Source of the DNA: Octopus sinensis
Lineage: Eukaryota
Assembly: GCF_006345805.1 (NCBI RefSeq)
Contig: NC_042998.1
Coordinates: forward strand, 109,120,001-109,184,000
Length of the DNA: 64,000 nucleotides
Direction: 5' to 3'
Shown here: piece by piece, positions 53,652 through 64,000 of the stretch
Numbering within the stretch: position 1 is the first letter of the stretch
How the letters are laid out: every line of letters starts with the position of its first letter
Made by a program: the position numbers and the translations under genes
The notes under the pieces: generated by a model
The model's database searches: none
Seen by the model: the letters and a program-made list of their open reading frames with translations, nothing else
What the model was told of the DNA's origin: nothing

Positions 53652-53928
53652 GTAAATGTCGAACGATGGAAATGAGTGCTCAATGCTGCATTGGTGAATA
53701 TATATATAATTTCTTTATTTGTGAATTAAGGTTACCGTTGGTTTCATGTTAAAAAAGTAGGAAAATGACCTTAGCCATTTTTCAAGTCGATCACATGGAG
53801 ATAGGGTTCGCTTCCAGTTTGGAAAACACAGCATATATATGCACACAAGTATGTGTGTATATACATACACATGTATGTATATATGTGTGTGTGTTTGTAT
53901 ACATGTAATATACAGTAATAATACATAC

Positions 53929-53961
<33 letters not shown>

Positions 53962-54016
53962 ATATTATATATATATATATACATACACATATCTATACCT
54001 ATGTATTTATTTTCTG

Positions 54017-54056
<40 letters not shown>

Positions 54057-55130
54057 TTGTTCTATCTTTTAACCAGAGAAGTAATTTAAATACATAAAAT
54101 ACAATAGTTGTATTCTAAATTGTTAAACTAATGACTCTTAGGATTAGTACTGTTTTCTGTTCTTAGAATACTAAAAAAAACCAGAGGAATCTGAGCAATT
54201 CCTGTAAGATTCATAAATTCAATATATACATATATATGCATGCATTCATACATACATACATACATACATACATACATACATACATACATACATACATACA
54301 TACATACATACATACAAATCGATAGAAAACAAACCGATATAATGCTATCCGCGATGGACCAAATAACAGAAAAACGATTAGCAGAGACTGAAAATCCTAA
54401 ATTTTGGACACTGAATGTTCTACTATATTGGTCTGCTGTTACCATTCACCAGCAGAAGGCAATAGCGTAGATCGATCGCAATGAGAAGAAATAACCAAAA
54501 TAGATTACTTTTCACCAGACACATGTCGACAAATTTAAGAAAATTTTTCGACAACTAGACACTATCATTAAATGTAAAGTGAATGATAAATTCACGAACC
54601 ACCAGCTGCAACTTAATGATAGATTATTTAAAGCCTATAGGAACGATCAACAAGAAACATTAACGGGCAAATTAATTGCTATTAAGTATGAAATGCCAGT
54701 AGCAAAGGAAAAATTTCATTATAAGAAAGATCTTCAAAAACGAAAATTCATCAATTGTAAGTTTGCAATAATCCACAGTTTGCAATAAACCATAGTGTCG
54801 CAGTATGAAAGGTTGCGGAAGCTCCACCCTTAGAGATTCTAGAATCGTTTTGGAAAGAATCGAGAATGTAAACAAACAAAACACCCAAGATGCATGGGGT
54901 TAGATGAATTATGGAGTGAGTACTGTCCAAACATCTCTCACAAAACTTATAATAGCAAGTATGAAATTTTCCTGTAGGTTGTTGCAAAACTGTCGAATGA
55001 GAAATCACCTGGAAAGACCTAATAGTCGGTTATTGTTATAGAGAGTTGACATTCTACAGGGCAGCACTCGTTAATCACACAGACATATAAAGAGACTTGA
55101 AACTTTTCATATGTGCTGTTTAGTAGTATA

Positions 55131-55905
55131 CTAGCAGCATAGCCCGGCGTTGCCCGGGTATGTAAGTAACTTTGTCGATAAGCAATGCCTTTTACCTTTT
55201 TACCCTCTTTTGTACTCATTGAACCGTTATTTTGTAAAATGAAGCCTAAAAGGCATTAAGGCATTCAAGGCACCGTTCCTTTGCATGCATGAAGAAAATC
55301 TATGACAGTCAAAGTGCATTTTCTGGTTTTGTTTAGCACACCCAACCCAGTTCTTAAAATATCGCAGAAAAATCGGTTTGCTATGTGTGCCACATATGAT
55401 GTAATTAACCGATTTTTTCCAGTAATAACATATCCTATTGGAATCAAAAGGGCCATATAGCTCCTTGGAGCAGACATGATGCTCGCTGTGAATTTCAAAA
55501 AAATTTCCTGCCAAATTGTTAAAGATATTGTCGAAAATATGTCATCTTGAATTTGAACGCGATTTCCCCAAATGACATGATTAAATGTAACATTAACTTC
55601 ACCATTAAGGGTAACATTAAAGTTCACCATGAGTCTGGTGAAAATCGATTGCAAGTTGCAAAAACTACAACGGAAAATGTGTTGCATATGATAAGCTTAG
55701 ATTCTCGACCCCATGTCAAATTTATCGATTTTTTTTTCAGAACTGGAGGAACTTTTCAAACTTTTCGCTGCGTTAGTTTTTGTATTATGACATTGGGCGA
55801 TGTGTGTGTCAAGTTTATTCAGAATCGGTTGAAAGCTGTGGTCAGGGTGAGGGTACAACCTGACAGACACACAGACAGACAAACTGATTTTTATATATAG
55901 AGAGA
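55131..55905 (-). mobile_element. Non-autonomous Helitron
   Basis: Minus-strand 5' end A|TCTCTCTATATATAAAA; 3' hairpin CCCGG-GCAACG-CCGGG followed by CTAG|T. Confidence 0.75.
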
Positions 55906-55959
55906 TGCAGCATAAAATAGCAAGATAAGATATCAAATGTCAAAATCTTAGTAAAATAT

Positions 55960-56230
55960 TGTTGAGAATTCAGCGCAGATGAGTAGGACAGGTTTTTCGA
56001 AAGAAAAATGGCTACATTTCAAAAATTGTGTCGTGTGGCCAACAAGTGGAGAGATATCGCGGCAAAGGAAGACCTGTCCATAGGTATAATGCTAAGTTGA
56101 AAAATCACTAAAATCTCTACAGTTGACCTTGACATCTTGAGAAAGTTATTGCCTAGATCGATCTATATGGCGTAAAATGTGTCACGATGTATCAAAACAA
56201 TTTGAGTTGAAGAAAATAACCACATCCTGC
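55960..56230 (+). pseudogene. RTE-like LINE 3' remnant
   Basis: Decayed GRP..RY..KLK...W motif (ggaagacctgtccataggtataatgctaagttgaaa). Confidence 0.4.
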
Positions 56231-56434
56231 TACTGACAGATACATTTGCCCAATCCCAGGCAAAATCAAAATCACCAACTGTGACTTCATAGCATAATTC
56301 ATACCCGGACTCAAATTATATTCACGCATCCATCAAAAATAGATGCAGCTTCTTAGTTATTATTTTTTAATGTAGATCTCTCTTTCCCCTCTTCTCTTTT
56401 ACACTTTTTAACTTTAAATCCTCTTCTTTATATT

Positions 56435-56635
56435 ATAAGCACAGACCTAAGATTTTTTGTAGAGGACGGGACGAGTCAACTATATCGATGCCAGTACTTG
56501 ACTGGTACTTAATTTACTGATCATAAAAGAAGGATAGGTAAAGTCAACCTCGGCGTAATTTGAACTCAGAAAATGAAGACAGACGAAATGCCGCTAAGCG
56601 TCTTTTGTGCTCACGATTCAGCTAGTTCTCCACTT
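56435..56635 (-). mobile_element. OK-like SINE
   Basis: ccagtacttgactggtactt...aaagtcaacctcggcgtaatttgaactcagaa...gaaatgccgctaagc. Confidence 0.7.
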
Positions 56636-56676
56636 TAATAATAATAATAACAATGATAATAATAATAATAATAATA

Positions 56677-56730
<54 letters not shown>

Positions 56731-56756
56731 CAACAATAATAATAGCAATAATAATA

Positions 56757-56834
<78 letters not shown>

Positions 56835-56835
56835 T

Positions 56836-57150
56836 TATGTTTAACTTTTGCTTTGTATTTGTACAAGTTGACTCCAAGTCTCAGCCAGAGGCGTCAAGAG
56901 ACAACAGGTTAGAAGTTCATGTTGGTGTTATGCCTAAGGTGTCATATATTTGGTCTTGCACGTAGTATTGTTCTAGAGAACGTTGAAGAAAACATAAGAA
57001 AATTATGAGTTTGTTTTAAAATTTGCATTTACATAGACAGTATTTTACGTAGGATATGGGTAGGTCCCATGACCACTATCTTTTGAATTTCTTCCATTTT
57101 GGAGTTTCCTGGTACCTGAGCTAAGTAGCAATCAGCTCCTTTTGCTATCA
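56836..57150 (-). pseudogene. 3' end of an R4/Dong-like LINE followed by a (TAA)n tail
   Basis: Minus strand encodes EIQKIVVMGPTHILRKILSM*, then a 3' UTR, then (TAA)n, which is plus-strand (TTA)n at 56757-56835. Confidence 0.7.
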
Positions 57151-57157
57151 TTTTTTA

Positions 57158-57213
<56 letters not shown>

Positions 57214-57218
57214 CATCA

Positions 57219-57283
<65 letters not shown>

Positions 57284-57439
57284 GGCCACAACCTGGAGGG
57301 TCGACCTTTGGAATGAGCAAGTGCTCTACTGTGCTGTATCTGTAATAGAGTGGATGAAACCACTACAAGTTGTAGTGACATGATCAGTTAGCGAAAGTGC
57401 TACATTGAAAACTGTACGAAAAGTGGGGGCTATATAGGG

Positions 57440-57640
57440 AGAATTCACCAAAAAAAAAATCACAAGACGAAGACAGGTGGTGTAGACAACAAACAGATGT
57501 GTTAGTTTAACGCTCGGGAAGTGAAAAAGTATTTAAGGTTTCGAGCCTACGCTCTTCCACAGAAAGGAACACAGAAAGAAACAAGGAGAGAAAATAAAGA
57601 ATGTGTAGTGGCTAGCGGGTATACAATAAAACAATAGAGA
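57440..57640 (-). mobile_element. PLE terminus with degenerate HHR-like motif (57531-57566)
   Basis: CTTT-CTGTGGA-A-GAGC-GTAG-GCTC-GAAAC-CTT-AAAT; cleavage triplet and stem I are mutated. Confidence 0.6.
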
Positions 57641-57668
57641 GAAGCATACATAGTATAGAACAATAAGT

Positions 57669-58053
57669 GGAGGCGCAATTGCCCAGTGGTTAGGGCAGTG
57701 GACTCACGGTCATAGGATCGCGGTTTCGATTCCCAGACCGGGCGTTGTGAGTGTTTATTGAGCGAAAACACCTAAAAGCTCCACGAGGCTCCGGCAGGGG
57801 ATGGTGGTGATCCCTGCTGTACTCTTTCACCACAACTTTCTCCCACTCTTACTTCCTGTTTCTGTTGTACCTGTATTTCAAGGGGCCGGCCTTGTCACTC
57901 TCTGTGTCACGCTGAATATCCCCGAGAACTACGTTAAGGGTGCACTTGTCTGTGGAGTGCTCAGCCACTTACACGTTAATTTCACGAGCAGGCTGTTCCG
58001 TTAATTCGGATCAACCGGAACCCTCATCGTCGTAACCAAACGGAGTGCTTCCA
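57669..58053 (+). mobile_element. Full-length tRNA-derived SINE
   Basis: The tRNA-like head has box A (TGCCCAGTGG) and box B (GGTTTCGATTCC), followed by about 310 bp of unrelated body with no tRNA acceptor closure. Confidence 0.8.
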
Positions 58054-58059
58054 TCCCAT

Positions 58060-58750
58060 AGAACAATAAAAAGAAAGAAGGGGGAAAAGATGATAGTGAT
58101 ATCGTCCTCCTGATACAGGCGTGCCGCTAAGAATAATCGAGGATCTCCACCATGCAAGATTCCTCTAAACACCAAGGGTAAGTACCCTCTTCGATTCCTG
58201 TTCTCTAGAAATCTACAGTTAGGTCTATACTCAGAGTGGTATCATCTGCTCTTATCATTTTCGTAACTTTCACCTACCTTTCAATAAATTCACTCGAGGA
58301 CAGAACCTCGGTCTCTACTCTCACATACTTTTTCAATTGAAGCTTGAAAATTTCGATAAGGGCTCTACAAAACAGGACTGTCTCTGTCCACTAGCCTTTC
58401 AACCTCGTCCACAAGACGACCCCTTTCACCTCAGCCACCAGGCAAAGAAAAACTGCACTACCTGTCTGAATAAAGGAACGTGGTGGGGTAGTCACCTTTA
58501 TGGAATCGGCCAACAGACAGATCTGTTCCACAGGCAACAGCAGCTGTTCGGCATAACTCCACAAATGAGCAATGCCCGGGCACTGTACGAGTGCGTGCAG
58601 AATGGCTTCCTCGCTCTGCGCGCACATCGGACACATCCTTCCTCAGCAGGCTACCTCACTCTTACTAACAGCAGTAGGAATTCTCCCATACTGCTGCCAG
58701 TTACAGTAGACGTCTATCAAGAGGCCATCATTCCATCGCCCATTTGCTAA
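58060..58750 (-). pseudogene. Tx1/L1-type LINE ORF2 C-terminal remnant
   Basis: CPMCAQSEEAILHALVQCP (zf-RVT CxxC..HxxxxC), followed by VVLWTRLK and VRVETEVLSSSEFIER. Confidence 0.75.
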
Positions 58751-59338
58751 CCAACTCCAGTACTAAACTCCAATTTCGTTAACTTGTTAACAAAAAGCCA
58801 AGATTAAATTTGTTAATCCCCTTCCAGGCACATCTGTACTTCACCTGCCAAAAGGTATCTATCATCATTCACTTATCATCTGTCTTGTCAGAGATATAAT
58901 GATAATCTCTCTTATCTGTATTCTGTGTATCTGAAAGTCATATTCCTACAACAGACTCTTAATATCGTTCTTCTTTTCTATTAGTTTTCACTGGTGCAAA
59001 AATATAACACTTTGCACCAATCGCATTTCTACATTTCCTCCTTTCATATATTGCGTGCGTGTATGTGTGTGCGTAATTCTTTAGTATTTAAATCTCTGAG
59101 ATGAGTTGATGATAAGATAGTAATTTTTGGATTATGAAATTTCAAAGTGTATTTTTATGATATATTTACGCTATATTGGAGTGATCACCGATCGCCACCA
59201 GATATTTTATTCTTAAATGTGTATACATTGTTCCAAACTAGATTCGATCTCATACGCCTGCATCCATCACAGTTCACGTGACAGAACAGGAATACTCTTT
59301 GTTGATCCATTTCTGTGAGCTATGATTTTTAAAAATAA

Positions 59339-59726
59339 CTAACAGTATCGCCCGGCGTTGCTCGGGTTTGTTTCGACCCTTTAGAATTGGAATTTTTGAA
59401 AAGTAAAAATTTTGCATTGTGTAGTTTGTTATTCTCTTTAAATGAACATTTTTCTAGTTGAAATACACCGAAAAATGGCGACACAGCAGTAAAAAAATCG
59501 TAAAAAATAGGAATTTTCATAGAAAAAAAGCACCTTTTTGGTGTAAATAATTTTTAGTGTTAACATGGTTCGATTTGAATTTGTTCTTCTACGGAAGGAA
59601 GAGCAAGCCTTCTTCTATCATACTTTAAATTTTGGTCAACTTGCGCCGCAGGGTCTCGGAGGAGATAGTGTTAGTTGAAGGCTACCAAACCTGCCATACA
59701 CAGACAACTTCAGCTTTATAGAGAGA
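59339..59726 (-). mobile_element. Non-autonomous Helitron (3' CTAG mutated to TTAG)
   Basis: Same terminal block as 2823 (cagtatcgcccggcgttgctcggg); minus-strand 5' end A|TCTCTCTATAAAG. Confidence 0.65.
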
Positions 59727-61734
59727 TTTAGACGAGAAAGGAGAGACACGATAACTGCAGGCTCTCCCATAGCGGTGTGATTTAAGTTGTCAATGCAGTT
59801 GAAATGTCTTCTGGAAAACATAACGTTAGGGGAACCAGGGGTCTAATTCAAATGCTTATAACAGGGTGAACTGTACAAAATAAACTCAAGGATCAGACAG
59901 TAGTATTAAAGAGGACACTAAGTTAAGCCTAAAACCAAAGGGATGGTAATATTTACGACACTGTGAATTCTGCTAAAGACACCAATGAACCAGGTGATTT
60001 GGTCTCAGATATTTGGTTCAGGAAAGGAGAATATAATCCATTTCAGCGAAGATATAATCCATTCCATGCAACAAATCTGATGCCTCAAACAGTTTCATAT
60101 GCTCACGTACACAAATTCCAAGTGTAAGAAAGAAATTTCTTCCAAATTTTTTGTAATGCGTGATCAAATAATTACTCCCAATAAATTCTTCTTGTTTACT
60201 AGAAGTAATTTTTAATTATCATTGATAGTTCCTTCAAATATTTAACCTCAAGTAGTTCTTACAACAAATCAACCAATGTTTGTGTAGTGAGAAGCTTTAT
60301 AGAAGTTTTGATAAAGCTGAACAAAAGCAAAGTAAGGTCACTAACTGCATTAGGCAGAGATAACGGACAATCTGGTCAAAGACACCAAGACAGGTGAGAT
60401 AAATAGTCAATGCCTAGTTTGAAAAGCTGTAGGTTTTGAATTTTAAGATACCTCCAAATGCCTCAACCTTACATGCACACACTTCTGTGAAGACGCTATC
60501 TTTAAGATAGTGTGTTTTACATTGATTTGATATCGTTGTATCATATATTCCTACAGTATATCTGCGCAAGTATACATGTGGCATGTATGTAGGAAGAACG
60601 CTGGCAAGACATGCAACATGAACGTCAACAGTGGCAAAGTAAAACAAAAGCTATAAGATGAAATGCAACTATGTTAAAAGAACGTACATATATAAAGTAT
60701 TGAAAAAGTACTGCCTAAATACTTCTAAGTTTATATGCACACGCACACAAGCACACACACACACACACACACACAAACATACACTCACACTTCGATGTAT
60801 TTTAATACAGTTAGTATTCGTTACTAAGCACACTACCATCGTAAATACCGTTATCCTATCTCGTTTATGTGTAGTGAAAATTAATCCAATCTTATTCACA
60901 TTACTGTCAAACTTTTGATACAAACCGAACGAAAGAAGTGTATTGTTTGTTTATATATAAGATTCAGTTATATAATCAAATATTGCTGCATACAAAATCA
61001 AAGTGAAGTGAAGCAAGCTCATATGTAGATATTTAATAACAATATAGACTTATGTTGAAACGAAAAATACTGTAAATATAGTTACCTTTGTTAATGCAAT
61101 GGAAGCATGTAACAGTTGAAAATGTAAAAGCAAAAACTTATAAGATGAAATATTGCAACGCAGTTTTTAACAGAATAGGCATTTAATGTTAAAAAAACAA
61201 CGATGAATAAATGAAAAATATTAACTGAAAAAATGAAACACAAGCTGGAATGATAAGAGTGAATCCTACTACCGAAAATATTTCAACACAAAATGTTGTC
61301 AACAGCTGAAACAGGCTTAAAATAAAACATTATTAGCATTAAAGAAACAGGAAGAAAACACACTATTAATGATAATAGATATGTAAAAAAAAAATCAATA
61401 GAAATTTTTGAATGGTTTATATCATACAGAAATAGCAAATAATAGTATAGAGATATTCAAACAGGCAAGGTTTGCCAAGTAGAAATTCAAATAAAAGGTT
61501 ACTTCTGTTCGTACATACACATAAACTGTAGCCTGGTCATGAACACTTCTTTCCAGCTGGGGACTGTATAAAAGAGATTAGTGCATATCATTGCATATGT
61601 GTTTCCGGAAGTATACAATAAACATGTATTTCTAAAACATTATATCTAAGATTAAACTCTTATTAAAACGATCATGCTGGACTTGGTTGATAGAGCAGCC
61701 AAATCTTCCTCAAATTACATCCTACTGCTTTATG

Positions 61735-61777
<43 letters not shown>

Positions 61778-61779
61778 CG

Positions 61780-61970
61780 GGAAGCTTTATGAAAATAAAC
61801 AAAAGACGGAGGCAGGTGGAATACAAACAAACAATTGTATTAGTATGGCGCTCAGGAATATAAATAAAACAAGTCTTTTACGTTTCGAGCCTACGCTCTT
61901 CAACAGAAAGATACACAGAAAAGAAACACGGAGAGAAAAAAATGCGTGCAGAAGCTAGCGAATCAACATG
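61780..61970 (-). mobile_element. PLE terminus with minimal HHR-like motif (61875-61910)
   Basis: Motif identical to 25137-25172: CTTT-CTGTTGA-A-GAGC-GTAG-GCTC-GAAAC-GTA-AAAG. Confidence 0.65.
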
Positions 61971-61971
61971 G

Positions 61972-62037
<66 letters not shown>

Positions 62038-63346
62038 CTTTTGACTATAGTGGGACATCTCTACATTGTAATGGCTCTGTTAGAAATAGCAGCTAAATCT
62101 CCCTCAAATCACTCCACACTAAAAAAAAATTTAATCTCGGATGTATAAAAGCTTAATGGATGCTAGAGCTGGCAGAAATTATCGCCAAATCCCCTTCAAA
62201 TTACACCATACTTTCTAAAAATAGCAACCAGACCTTGTCCTGGAGCTGATAGAACACAACTCAAACATACATTCCGAATGAAGTCTTTTTTGCAATCACT
62301 ATATAAATAATGATTAATCTATGTATAATTCAACTGCTATTTCTAACTTATGTGTGTGTGTAAGTTTGTATGTGTGAGTGTGTGCCTGTGTGTGTATGTG
62401 TGTGAGTGTGTGTGCGCGTGCGCGTTTTACCGTATTTATTTTATGCATATATTTCATTACTATAATCAAATGTCAAAGTTTTAAAACGAACATGAATACT
62501 TTTGATGTATGCAAGACCTGATAGGTATAGCAGCCAAAGTACCGTCTACTGTTTTATGTATGTATATGCTTATTGACCATAGTGGGACGTTTCTAGATGC
62601 CCCTGTTTAGGAGTAACGTAAGTCTCCTTCCAATCACTCCCTCCAAAACAAAAATATTTAATTCATGATGTATAAAAGCGGTAACGAATGCTAGAGCTGT
62701 TAGAAACAGCAACCAAAGATTTGTATATTGTGGTATCTGTGAGAAATAGTAACCAGATATAGTTCTGAGGACGGATCTTTTCGCTTTAACCGGCAGATTT
62801 TTTTAATAATTTCTTTGTAACTAAACACTTTTAAACTACGTATACTGGTAGAATATGTTTATAAAACATCTTTTTCGCTTGGCTTTCTTGAGAAAATTCT
62901 GTAGTTTGTAAGCTATTTGTTCTTTAATTTCTTGCATTTCGGCAATTTCAACCAATCAATGACGTCTATTGAGGTGAATTCAATATCTCCGGATCGTTGT
63001 CAACAACAATAACTTGCGGTGTCTATAAATTTCTCGGTAATACGCAGAAGCATTTGTTATGGTAGTAGAAACTTTTACATTTTGTTCTAAATTTGAATCT
63101 TGTGCTTAAAAAATTTCAGCTTACCATACAAAAGTGAACGGGAAAATTCGGGGTCTCGTAAGGCGAGTCCTCGTAAAGTCAGGCATTGCTTTGTGTGTGT
63201 GTATGTGTGCAATATTTTATCTAAGTATACTATATATATGTATGTATATTTTATCTTAGTATATTACTAGCGCGCAAACACACACATACATACATACACA
63301 CATAATACATACACACACACACATACATACATACATACATACATAC

Positions 63347-64000
63347 CAACATTTGGGCTGCTTGATTAGACGCTTGATGAGATCCAACCCATTGATGCGA
63401 AAAACCGAAAAATACTTGCAAGCACGCAATTTCCACATAAACAGTGATGTAGACAACCTCTGCCTAAAACGAAAACAAGGCGGAAGAGGCTTAACATCAA
63501 TCTAAAATGCCTTTGAATGTTGCATCATATCCCTTCATCAACATCTTTTAACCAGCAAGTGTCGAAGTGCATCCCTTGACCAAGTTTGCATGCATGAGGC
63601 TGATAATATCATAAGACTTGGAAAGCAGCTCCTTGTGCAGTACTTTTTGTTTGATAATCTAGAATACATGCCCAAAGAAGTCGCAACGTATCATCAGATG
63701 AAAGGATGAGCTTATATCAGCAGAAGAATATGCATGGATATGTTACTAGAAAGCTCCGTGATGATAGTAAAATCGACCATCAAAGCAGTTTATCATGGAT
63801 CAATAGCCGGATTACTACCTCCCACTTTGAAGGGTATGCGTTTGCAATCCAGGAACAGGAAATATCAACCAAGCACCTGATGCACAAAAGGGATAGAGAT
63901 TCAGATAAAGCTGAGAAGTGTGACAACCGATGCAGACTTTGTGAAGTTCACACTGAAGATATCACCCTCATCATAAGCAGTGGTCCGAAAATGTTATCAC
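63347..64000 (+). pseudogene. R4/Dong-like LINE C-terminal remnant, running off the window end
   Basis: NFHINSDVDNLCLKRKQGGRGL, FEGYAFAIQEQEISTKHL and CDNRCRLCEVHTEDITLIISSGP (degraded CCHC knuckle). Confidence 0.8.

Noticed and set aside
57669-57742. Possible tRNA gene
   Set aside because: A/B boxes are present but there is no closed cloverleaf, and it continues into a SINE body.

Overview
AT-rich, microsatellite-dense eukaryotic DNA. The SINE, Penelope-end and microsatellite repertoire points to a cephalopod, most likely Octopus (inferred, not proven). I recognise no host protein-coding gene. Nearly all ORFs in the six-frame track are translations of simple repeats or of decayed transposons. 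The only intact long ORF is a Buster-type hAT transposase (ATG 21905-23737, about 610 aa) inside a complete 2,855-bp element (21072-23926) with perfect 16-bp TIRs and a perfect nnnTAnnn 8-bp TSD. The rest is TE debris: R4/Dong-like RLE LINE fragments, Penelope-like elements (PLE), Tx1/L1, RTE, mariner, Tigger/pogo, three non-autonomous Helitrons, a hAT MITE and tRNA-derived SINEs. The most interesting layer is non-coding. By eye I find about 11 type I hammerhead ribozyme (HHR) motifs in five sequence families. They include a 489-bp tandem unit with one HHR per monomer (retrozyme/circRNA-like), a 304-bp near-perfect inverted repeat carrying one HHR on each strand, and minimal HHRs with variant cores (CUGUUGA, CCGACGA) at PLE ends. 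Several long fold-back structures also occur. All folds were derived manually and none is experimentally or computationally validated. Boundaries of degenerate TE fragments are approximate.
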